NCBI GenBank assembly: GCA_963823665.1 | Contig: CAWGMQ010000003.1 | Span: forward strand, 544,001-608,000 | Origin: an uncultured Planctomycetota bacterium | GTDB lineage: Bacteria > Planctomycetota > Planctomycetia > Isosphaerales > Isosphaeraceae | Length of the DNA stretch: 64,000 nucleotides | Direction: 5' to 3' | Part shown: positions 38,867 through 48,800 of the stretch, piece by piece | How positions within the stretch are numbered: position 1 is the stretch's first letter | Layout of the letters: the number at the start of each line of letters is the position of its first letter | The notes under the pieces: generated by a model | Databases searched by the model: none | Told to the model about the DNA's origin: nothing | What the model saw: only the letters and a program-made list of their open reading frames with translations | Translations under genes and position numbers: made by a program

Positions 38867-39016
38867 GGGGCGTGCGCGAAGACGTAGGTTGTTGCGAAAT
38901 CGCCGCGGCCACGCCCACGCTTTGTGGGCGTGACGGCGCGTCCGCCGGGGAGAGCGCACTGCCGGTCGTACCGGAAGCTGCGGGACCACTCCCCGGCGGG
39001 CGCACGTGCGATCATT

Positions 39017-39118
39017 GTTGCCTTTCGCTCCGCGAAAGTGCACTCTCCTTGACCCGTTCGCTCCAGCGTTTGTTTTGGATCGGCAAAAGAAATGCACTTT
39101 CGCGGAGCGAAAGGCGAC
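39017..39118. repeat. REPIN-like pair of inverted 26-bp REP palindromes
   Basis: gttgcctttcgctccgcgaaagtgca (39017-39042) and tgcactttcgcggagcgaaaggcgac (39093-39118) differ by one mismatch, with a 50-bp spacer. Each has an internal ctttcgc-N3-gcgaaag hairpin. Confidence 0.9.
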
Positions 39119-39133
39119 TATGTGAAGGCGTTC

Positions 39134-39791
39134 TCACTCGTCGAATTTTCGGTGGTAATAGTCGTTCGGCCCAAGCCGGGCCTTTTTCGGGTTATCGGCG
39201 ATGTATTGCCTCAGATACTCATATTGCTCCGGGTTCCGGACCAGGTGGTCGAAGACTTCCTGTTGCCAGAACTTGCCTTTTTCGCCGATCGTCTGATTGA
39301 TTCGAAACGCCGCGTAGTGAAGCCACGAATCGCACTGATCGCGCATGGCGTCTGCCGTCGGGAAAGCAGCCAGCAAGTGCACGTGATTCGGCATCACGAC
39401 GAAATCGCCCATTCGATAACGCTCGCCGTCAAAACACAGAAGCGATTCGGCAACGATCGTCGCGAGCTCAGGGCGCTTGAGCAAACAACGGCCATGACAT
39501 TGATCCGGAAAGGTTCTCGCGACAGCGATTGAATGTCTTGTGAAACTCGGCGCGATCCGTTTCGCTGAGCGTTCGGACCATAACCGACCAGTGCGTTCGG
39601 CCATCCCAGTCGCGTAGTCGCGATTTCAGCCGATCCTGTTTCTCTCGATTCCAACGTTCAAGGACTTCGCTTGGAATGGAGTCATTTGTCCGAAACGTAA
39701 TAAACACCACCGCCCCAGCCTGTGCCCAGTTCGGACGACGGTGCTCGGAGACAAGGAATTCGCCCGGCGGATCGAAGCACTCGCCGAGCAT
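39134..39791 (-). mobile_element. REP-associated tyrosine transposase (RAYT, Y1 HUH); frameshift near 39515
   Basis: PNWAQAGAVVFITFRTNDSIP, FVVMPNHVHLL (HUH) and FWQQEVFDHLVRN...LRQYIADNP (catalytic Tyr); flanked by REPs on both sides. Confidence 0.92.
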
Positions 39792-39811
39792 GGTGAGAAC
39801 CCCGTGCGGCG

Positions 39812-39832
39812 TTCCGTGGAGCGAAAGGCGAC
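39812..39832. repeat. Degenerate third REP copy upstream of the RAYT
   Basis: ttccgtggagcgaaaggcgac matches the 3' part of the 39093-39118 copy. Confidence 0.8.
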
Positions 39833-39974
39833 GCTAGTGGGGCGGCGGGAACTGCCAGGCTGCGGACAATCCTTCGCCAGTGCCGGCCAGAAAACTGCCA
39901 CACACCGCCCGTTCGCCGCTCAGTCGAATCGTCGGAGTGCGGAAAAATAAGCACAATTCTCAAAATTACCGCCC

Positions 39975-39990
39975 TGGCATGATGTTTGCA
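39975..39990 (+). promoter_or_regulatory. Putative sigma54 (-24/-12) promoter
   Basis: TGGCATgatgtTTGCA, ~80 bp upstream of the second DUF1559 gene and preceded by an AT-rich tract. Confidence 0.6.
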
Positions 39991-40071
39991 AAGCGAGGGA
40001 TCGCTCATGAATGACTGGAATCTTGCGTTGCCGATCCCGCTGATCCCGAAGGAAACTAGGCTGCCACGACG

Positions 40072-41091
40072 ATGGTTTCATCACGAATGAGATGTCGCTG
40101 CCGATATGCCCGGGGTCTCCAATCCGGCTTCACGTTGATCGAGCTGCTGGTTGTCATCGCGATTATCGCCGTCTTGATCGCGCTGCTCTTGCCCGCGGTC
40201 CAAGCAGCGCGGGAGGCGGCCAGGCGATCGCAGTGCGTGAATAACCTGAAGCAAATGGGGCTCGCACTGCAAAATTATCACGACCAGATCTTGGCGTTTC
40301 CGCCGGGCTACATCGCCGCGAGCAAGTTCATCGACGGGGAGACAGATACATCACCGGGTTGGAGCTGGGCGTCGATGATCCTGCCGCAGCTCGACCAGGG
40401 GCCGCTCTTCTCGGCGATGAACTTCTGGCTGCCTGTGCAGGCAGCGGCGAATACCACCGGAACGCAGACCCTGTTGAGCGTGTTTGTGTGCCCTTCGGAT
40501 CAGCTTGTCATGGGACGGACATATCCGATCACCGACGGCCTGGGCAACACGGTGATGACGGCGGCGCCGAGCTCGTACGCGGCCTCCACGGGCAGCGATG
40601 CGGCCGACGTGGCACTGGGGCTCAATAACGACGGCTCGGGGAACGGCCTGTTCTTTCGCAACAGCGGCATCCGCATGGCCAATCTCACGGACGGAACGAG
40701 CGTGACGATTTCGATCATGGAACGAGCGTGGGGGATGACCGAAGGGACCTGGGTGGGTGCTCCGGCTGGAGGCGTGGTTTTGCGCGGGCCTTTCAATCCC
40801 TGCCCGGGCTCGGCGTTTGCAACCTACCTCTCGCCCTGTCTTGTGCTGGCCCATTGCCACCTGCTGAACACCAACGCCGATACCGACAGCGGGCTGGATG
40901 ACCCGTCGAGCTTCCACCCGTCGGGCGCAAACGTTCTTTTCGCCGACGGCTCGGTGCACTTTCTCAGGAACGTGCAGAGCGATGCGGGCGTGAATCCCGA
41001 CGGCTCGACGATCTATACGCCGACGAGCCTGATCATGCAGGCGATGGGCACCCGCTCGGGCGGCGAGGTGATCAGCTCCGACTCGTATTGA
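40072..41091 (+). CDS. DUF1559 prepilin-type N-terminal cleavage/methylation protein (H-X9-DG)
   Basis: [76 protein letters not shown]. Confidence 0.95.
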   Translation: MVSSRMRCRCRYARGLQSGFTLIELLVVIAIIAVLIALLLPAVQAAREAARRSQCVNNLKQMGLALQNYHDQILAFPPGYIAASKFIDGETDTSPGWSWASMILPQLDQGPLFSAMNFWLPVQAAANTTGTQTLLSVFVCPSDQLVMGRTYPITDGLGNTVMTAAPSSYAASTGSDAADVALGLNNDGSGNGLFFRNSGIRMANLTDGTSVTISIMERAWGMTEGTWVGAPAGGVVLRGPFNPCPGSAFATYLSPCLVLAHCHLLNTNADTDSGLDDPSSFHPSGANVLFADGSVHFLRNVQSDAGVNPDGSTIYTPTSLIMQAMGTRSGGEVISSDSY

Positions 41092-41142
41092 AGAGCACGC
41101 GTACGTACCGGGTGACGGTATCGAGGCGAGGTGGGAGTCGAG

Positions 41143-41556
41143 ATGAATCGAACGGCAAACGGATCGGTTTCGGCAGCCTTGATGGTGCTCCTGGGTCTGG
41201 CCGCCTGTGGGAACGGGTGTCAGAGTGAAGAGCGCGGGCCGACGCTCTCGGGCGGGCGCGAAGTGAAATCGTGGGTTGCGGCGCTACGCGACCCCAAACC
41301 CACGGTTCGCCGCCAGGCGGTGCTCAAGCTGGGGAACGTGGGCGACGCTGATGCGTCGGTGGCCGACGCCCTGGCCGAGGCGCTCGAGGATTCCGATGCG
41401 CAGGTGCGCCACGACGCCGTGCTCGCGGTGGTGAAGCTTCGCAAGCCCGGCGCGGCGATCAAGGCCCGGATTGATACCATGAGCCGAGAAGATAAGGACC
41501 CGCGTGTCCGTGACGTGTCCACGCGAGCGCTGGCCAGTCCAGGAAAGTTCGAATAA
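41143..41556 (+). CDS. HEAT-repeat lipoprotein
   Basis: Lipobox-like LGLAAC/GNGC; repeats ALRDPKPTVRRQAV.., ALEDSDAQVRHDAV.. and DKDPRVR. Confidence 0.85.
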   Translation: MNRTANGSVSAALMVLLGLAACGNGCQSEERGPTLSGGREVKSWVAALRDPKPTVRRQAVLKLGNVGDADASVADALAEALEDSDAQVRHDAVLAVVKLRKPGAAIKARIDTMSREDKDPRVRDVSTRALASPGKFE

Positions 41557-41578
41557 AACCGAGAGGAGAGATCACGCG

Positions 41579-42750
41579 ATGCGCAATCATTCCCGAAGAA
41601 CATTTCTTGCCGCCAGCATCCCTTGCGGTGGTCTACTGGGATTTTCGATCTCGCCGGCGCGGCGCTCGCTGCCGCGCTCGACCGGGCCGATGCCAATGAA
41701 CTGGCTGGAAAAGCAGTCGCCTTTCTTCGAACACGGCAGGGAAAGGACGGGAGCTGGTCGGGCAATCGCGAGCCGGGAATCACGGCACTGGCAGTGACGG
41801 CGATGCTACGAACGGGGCGGATCGCGCCCGAGGATCCCGTGATCGCCAAGGGATTGACATTCCTCGAGAAATACATCGGCCCGAAGGGCGGGCTCTCGGA
41901 GGCGCCTCATTCGGTCTACACGACCTCGGTCGCATTGATGGCATTTCACGAGGCGAACCGAAACGCGCGAGGGCGCTATGATCGCGTGATCAAGGGGAGC
42001 CAGGAGTTTCTCAAAGGGACGCAGACGGACGAAGGAGAAGGCAAGGGCCGGCAGGACCCGGCTTATGGCGGGCTGGGCTACGGAGGCGACAACAGCCGCC
42101 CGGATCTGTCGAACACAGCGTTCTTCATTGAAGCCCTGCGCGAGAGCGGCCTGCCGGACGACGATCCGGCGCTCAAGAAAGCACTGATCTTTGTGTCGCG
42201 ATGTCAGAACCTCAAGAGCGAGTTCAACGACCGCGCCGAAGCGGGCAAGGTCAACGATGGCGGATTCGTTTATAACCCTGCTGCCGGAACTGAGCGTGAA
42301 GGCGGCCGGGGCGGCGCGGCGGGAAAGGCCGGCGGCGGCCGGCCCGATGCCAAAAAGGGTGACGACGCCCCGCGTTCGTATGCGGGGATGACCTACGCCG
42401 GGCTCAAGAGCATGATCTATGCCGGGCTCACGCAGGACGATGTGCGTGTGAAGGCGGCCATCGCGTACATCAAGAAGAACTACACGCTGGAGGAGAACCC
42501 CGGGCAGGGCCAACGGGGGCTGTATTACTACTACCAGACCTTCGCCAAGGCGATGGCGCTTCTGGGCACGCCGACGCTGGTGGATGCTCAGGGCACGTCG
42601 CACGACTGGCGGGCCGAGCTGATCGCGGCGCTCGCGAAGCGGCAGGCGGCGAATGGGAGCTGGGTGAACCCGGTTGATCGGTTCATGGAGGGGGATCCGA
42701 ACATCGCGACGTCGTTTGCGCTACTGGCGCTCGCGAATGCCCGGCGGTGA
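41579..42750 (+). CDS. Tat-exported prenyltransferase/squalene oxidase repeat protein; frameshift near 41661
   Basis: GAGGAG RBS and MRNHSRRTFL Tat leader, joined by one G to KAVAFLRTRQGKDGSW, GGLGYG...RPDLSNT, FVSRCQNL, DGGFVY, GLYYYY and RQAANGSWVN. Confidence 0.85.
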
Positions 42751-42815
42751 CGGCCGGCCAAGCTTCCTCTCGATCCAGGCCAAGCGACTGACCCACGCTG
42801 AGTTTGAAGCGCGAA

Positions 42816-45800
42816 TCACGCGTCGGACCGCGACCCGCGCTTCCACCACGCCTGAAGTTCATCGCCGAAGGCCTGGTCGACCCCCAGCGCGCCGATCAGT
42901 TCGTTCTCGCCGGCGGATTGCACGTCGTCGCTGATGCCTGCCCCGGCTCGATTGCCGGTGCTGATCTTGAGTCGCGATTGCGGCGGAGCCGCCGGAGTGC
43001 TGGTGTTCGCGAGCGGGCGGCGAGTGGCACCGCTCGTGGCGAAGGCCGCAGCGCCCGGCAGAGAAGACGAAAGGCCAGGCGCCACATCGAACGCCACAGG
43101 GCCCGGTCCCGCTGACGTGGCGGAAACCAGACTGGTCGCCGTCATCATCGACATGCGGGTCACCTGGTTGTAGGTGGCGACGGTGCTGCCGCTCATCTGA
43201 AGCCGGTTAACGACCAGGGCATCTGTAATCTGCACGCTCCCGCTCAACGAAAGCAGGGCATCGGTGGCGTAGATCACTCCGGTCAACCCGAGCGCCCCAC
43301 TGCCACTGATCGAGACGGCAGTCGGATTGGTGCGCACCTGGAAGAACAGAATGCCGGCGTAAGTCCCAGTCGCAGGAGCTGTCAGGTTGACGGAGCCCGT
43401 CGTGTTCAGCGTGATGCCGCCGTAGGTCCCGCCGGTGCTCGGATAGCTGCTGCCGGCGTTGTAGATCATCACGCCGTTTCCGATCACACTGGCGGAATTA
43501 GCGACCGAGAATCCGCCGCCGGTGATGACGTAGACGCCTGGATTGAGAATCAGCCGCGTGCCGGTGCCGGAGACCTTGATCTGGCTGTAGATCCCCTGCG
43601 AAATGGTTTGCGAGCCCGCCGTCAAGTTCACCGACACTGCCGTGCCGGTGAGGTTGGGAACGGCCAGCGAAGCGAGCGGGTCGGCTACGGCCGTGATGTC
43701 CGTCGCGGGCGTCGGGCTGATCTTCGCGGTGCTCGCTACGGAAACCTTACCCACGACACCGACCGAAGAGGCGATGATCTGGGAGGTGCCCGTGAGGGTG
43801 ACGGCCGGAGACGCGGGCGAATCAACGATCAAGCGGCCGGGGATGTTGATGCTCGCGCTCCCTGAGAGGTAGACCGGGCCGGTGATCGTCGGACTGATCG
43901 TCGATGAGTTAACGACGTACACCGAAACGAGGATCGACTGCGACAGCGAAGTCGAGCCGCCTTTGAAGTCGTTGTCCCCGGAATAGGTCTCGCTGATCGT
44001 CTGTGGTCCAACCGGGAGAGTCGCGATCGACAGCGAGGCGGAGCCGCCGGTCAAGGAAACGCTGCCCAGGTCGTTCGCGGTGGTGACGTCGTAGAAATCA
44101 ACCGACCCTGTCGGCATGCCCGAGCCCGGAGCATTCGCGGCAACGCCGGCACTGAAAGCGACTGCCTGGCCGAAACTCGATGTCGTCGCTGATGAGCTCG
44201 AAGTGGTCGTCGTGCTGTCCTTATTCACCGTTTGCAGGAGCGGATTGCTCGTGTTGTCGCTCGCGAGCAAGCCCCCTGCCCCGGCGTAGAAAACCGTGAT
44301 CGTCGCCTGGCCGACAGGGAGCGGTTGCGATGGTGTGAACTGGGCACTGCCTTGAGCGTTCAGTGATTCGGTCAGCTCCGCGACTCCGTTGACCTTGAAC
44401 GTCACCATCCCGGTGGCAACGCCCACGCCGCCTGCCGGAGTGACGGTCGCCGTGAACGTGACAGGCTGCCCGTAGACCGACGTGTTGTCTGAAGTGGAGG
44501 AGGTAACCGACGTGCTGGTGGAGGCCGCCGTCTGGTAAATAGCCGATTGCATCGACGAAAGACCGTCCTTGTCTGTGACGGTGATGGTGACCGTTTCGGA
44601 GCCGGTGCCGGTGTACGTGTGCCCGACGGTGATCATTCCGGGGCTGGTCGCCGTCGGCTCGACGAGATACGGCACCTGAACTCCGCTTGAGTTCACAAAG
44701 TACGAGCTGGAGTCGAAGGAATAGATGGTGCCGTCACCCCAGTTGACGGTGACGAAGTCGTTGGGAGCGATTCCGGGCTCGGTGAAGGTATCCGAGATGG
44801 TCAAAAGCTGGTTCGGCACGTAGACGCCGCCGGCCAGCGGGGCCAGCGTTGGCGTGGTGGAGTTAACGTTGATGTTGAAGCTTGCCTCGCCGACGCCTCC
44901 GCCGTCATCGGCCACAAAAACTGTCACCGGATACCCGCCCTTGTCGGCGTAATAATGGCTGCCGGTGACAGTTCCGAGCGTCGGCACACCGGGCCCGCCG
45001 GCCTGGGTGATCATGACGGTCCCCTGGCCCGTCTGGCCGTCGCCCCACTCGATCGTCGCCGGGTAGCTTCCGGGGGTCGCGCCGGCCTCGAAGCCCGGAT
45101 CCGCGAAGGTCGCGCTGACGACGAGAGGGCTTCCCTGGTTGACCGTTTGAACTTGATTGGGACTGATCGTCACCGTCGGCGGGATATCGTTCACCAGGAG
45201 CGAGCCGGATCCTTCATTTCCCTTGCTGTCCGTGACCGTCACAGTGACCGTGTAGTTGCCGTGGCTCGAATAGGTGTGGGTGCCTGAAATCGATCCGGTG
45301 GTCGGTTGGCCGTCGCCGCCCGGTGTGTCGGAAGCCGTGCCACTGGAACTCTTGCCGTCGCCCCATTCGATTGTATAAGAATAAGTCTCCTGGTTGCCGT
45401 TTGTCGGGAAACTCGGGGAGCTGAAACTGGCGTTGATGCTGACCGGGACACCAGGCGACTGCGAGATGTTGGGGCCGGCGATAACGGTCGGGGCGACGTC
45501 AACGACCTTGACCGGGAAAGTCACCATCCTTGAGGTCTGAAACGGCTCGTCGGTGACTGTCATCGTCACGTTGTACTGGCCTGGAAAACCGAAGATGTGT
45601 CCGAGACCGATGGTGCCATGGTCGGTGGGAGTGGCGGGTTCGACGATGTCGCTCTGCGGAACGCTCTGGGCGCCTTGGCCGTCTCCCCAGTCGATGGAGA
45701 CATCGTCCGCAGCGGTCGCGGCGCTGTCGGTGAAGTAAACCTGACTGGGGATGAAGACGGACCCCACGGCGACGGTCTGTTCCGCAGTGGGTGCGACGAT

Positions 45801-48800
45801 TGCGACGGCCGGCGGGTTGACGGATATCGGGAAACTCGCCGTTCCCACGTTGCCGTCGCTGTCGCGGACGGAGACCTGAACTTGCGCCCCAATTGGGACG
45901 CCAGTGGTGTAGAGATGGGTCGCCGAGATCGAGCCCGTGGTGGCAAGAGGCGGGATGTTCTCGGCGGGATTGCCCGGGTTGCCCTGCGTGACCGTGACGA
46001 TCCCTGGGGAGCTTGTGCCGTCGCCCCAGTCGATCGTCGAGGTGAAGCTCCAGCTTGCCGCCGCCGTGGAATAGAACGGATCGCTGAAGGTCACGTTGGT
46101 CAAGGCAAACGGCGTTCCCGGGGTTACGGTTCCTGACTGCTTCGGCCCGATGGTGACGGCCGGTGGGACGGCGGGCACGGTGATGACCGTGTTGTAGTCC
46201 GTGTAGGTGGTATCTTGCGCGGTGATTCGGAGGCGGACGACAAACGAGCCGGGCTGGGCGAGCAGGTCGCTCGGGACGTTTTCTGAAGCATTGGGCAGAT
46301 TGGCATAGCTGACACCATCGTGCATGAAGGTGCCGTTGTCGTCGAAGTCGTACCTATAGGTGAAGCCGTCACTTGTCTGGCTCGGGGATGGGTCGTAGGG
46401 GTTGGCGAAGGAGATGGTGATGGAGCCATTCGGGTTCGTCGTGGTTGAAATCGTTGCGGTGGGGGCAGTGTCGTTCACCATCAGCGTCGTGGGGATTGAA
46501 GTGCCCGTCTGGCCGGCTACGCGCACCTGAGCTAGCATATTGTCATAACTAAGTTCGTCGACTCCTAGTTGGTTCCAGTTGACGGTGTCGGAATATGTGG
46601 TGTAGCCGTTCGAGAAGCTGGTCGTGGCGCCGGAGAACTGGACATAGTCGGGGTTTATCGGGGTGCCCACCAGATTCCAGTAGAAATCGCTCGCGGGTAC
46701 GTTGCCGGCGGCTGTGGCCTCGAGCGTGAGACTGCTGCCGGCAGAGATCACATAGGGCCCGGTCGTGGTCACGGAACCACTGCCATACTTGATCTGCACG
46801 CCCTGCGAAATGGAGGAAGTCGGGGTCGAGGTGAACGTCAGGGTCACGGGCTCGGGTGACGACACGTTCACAGGGATGTCGATCTCCGAACCCGAGACGA
46901 TGTGGTTGAGCAAGGTGCCGGCAGGGATGCCGGGTCCAGACACGGCCTCCTTCTCGTACAGGCTGGCTGCGCTCGACAATCCAGTCACCATTTCGCCGGG
47001 ATTCAAGGTACCAGTCAGCACGGTCTGACCATTGTTGTAATAAGGATCCGAGGCGATGAGCGTGATCTGATCGTTCGCGGCGGTCGTGTACGTGTGGGTG
47101 GCCGAGGTCGCCTGGCTGGGCAGTGTTTCAATGTCGGGATTGCTCGGCGTGCCGTCACCCCAGTTCACTGCCCAGCTCGTGACGCCGTAGTTCGCGCCAG
47201 CGGCTTCGACTGCCTTGAAGTTGTCGATCATGTAGGGCACGCCTACTATGGGGTTGCCGGTCAGGCTGAAGTTGACTGTCGGCCGTGCCGCGATGATCGT
47301 GACGGTCGTGTAGTTGGTCACCGTGCCGGTGGTGGACTCGACGCGGAGCCCGATGGGATAGGTTCCGGGGGTACTCAGTCCCAGGCTCACGAGAGTGGCC
47401 CAACTGACGGATGGGCTCAAACCGGTGGCGTCGGTGAAGTTGTTGTCGCCGTTGAAATCCCAGCCGGCTTGAATAATGGTTCCAGTGGATGAGCCGGTAA
47501 GCGAAAGTGGTTGGCCCTGTGCAATCACATATGGGCCACGGGCGTTGACCGCTGGTCCGGAGAAGCCATTCACACTCGTGATCGACGAATACTGAGTCAA
47601 GCCAAAGCCTTGAGCGTCTATTGCGCCCTTGGGCAAGCTCGGCTGCGTAACCGAATTGAAAAACTCATCGTAGTACAGGAGAGGCGCTGTTTGGCGGTCG
47701 TAGAATAGTGCGTCACTTCCTGTGCCGCCGGCGACACTGACCGAGGCGCTGGGGTTGAGCGCCGTTCCCTCGATCTGGGCCGTGCTATCACCGTTGCCCA
47801 GACTGATGAGGATCTGATCGCCCGAGGCTGCGGCGTCGAGCTCGACATCGTTGGTACCGTCGCCGGGAATGATGTCGAGGGTTGCGTTCTGGGCGGTGAC
47901 GCTAGCGGTGACGCGGTTACCGCCGGTGCCCGTCGCGTCGACGATTGTCTCCCCGGCGGGATCAAGCAGGTTGATTGTGTTGGCTCCCGTGCCGGGCAGG
48001 AGCACGAGATTTGTTGGGCCGGAGTTGGCGGAAGCCGGCCCGGTCGTGGCGCGATTGATCTCGGTGATCGTGTTGGGGGCGTTGCCCAGGATGATATCGA
48101 GCGTTTGCATACGCGAGTAGCTGAGCGACAGGGAGCTCGGAGTCGTGGTTGCCAAAGCGGTGAACGACGCGAGGCCGCCGTTGCCGGAGCCGATGCCGGC
48201 GGACGAGGACACGTAGGCGTTGTCGCTTGTGCCCGAAACCGCGACGCCGCTGGGAGCGGTGAGGCCGACCGCACCGATCTCGTCCTGGTCAACCTGGAGA
48301 GTACCATTTGGGCCGGTGCCGAAGACCGCCAGCGAGTTCTCGGTGCCGCTCGTGACGTAGAGATACTGGCTGTCGGGAGTGACGGCGAGACCGGTCGGAT
48401 CGCCGAGGCCGCGGATTCCTGCGACCCCATCTTGCAGCGTCTGCAACCAGGTGAGCGTGTTGGTGGCTGGATTGCGCGCGAAGAGCGTCAGAGTGTTGCT
48501 GCTCGCGCCGGCCACATAGACATAGTTTCTCGCGTCAAAGGGTTGCGGGAAGATCAGAACGGTCGAGCCGCTGGACGTGGCGGCCTGGCTGAGCGTGAGC
48601 GAGCTCGCCGAATCAACCTCGGCGATCGTTGTTCCGGCGGGGATACCGGCGCCGGTGACCAGCTCGCCGGTAAAGAAGCCGGCTGTTCGTGCGAGGCCGG
48701 TCACCAGCGTGCCGCCGTTAATGTTGGCGGCCTGCGCCGTGTCGTTGGTGACGAAACTCAGGATCGTCGAGCCGCTCATCGTCGCTTGCTGGCTGAGGAC

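Noticed and set aside
41579..42750. Squalene-hopene cyclase call for the prenyltransferase-repeat protein
   Set aside because: It is a single toroid of ~390 aa with a Tat leader and lacks the DxDD catalytic motif.
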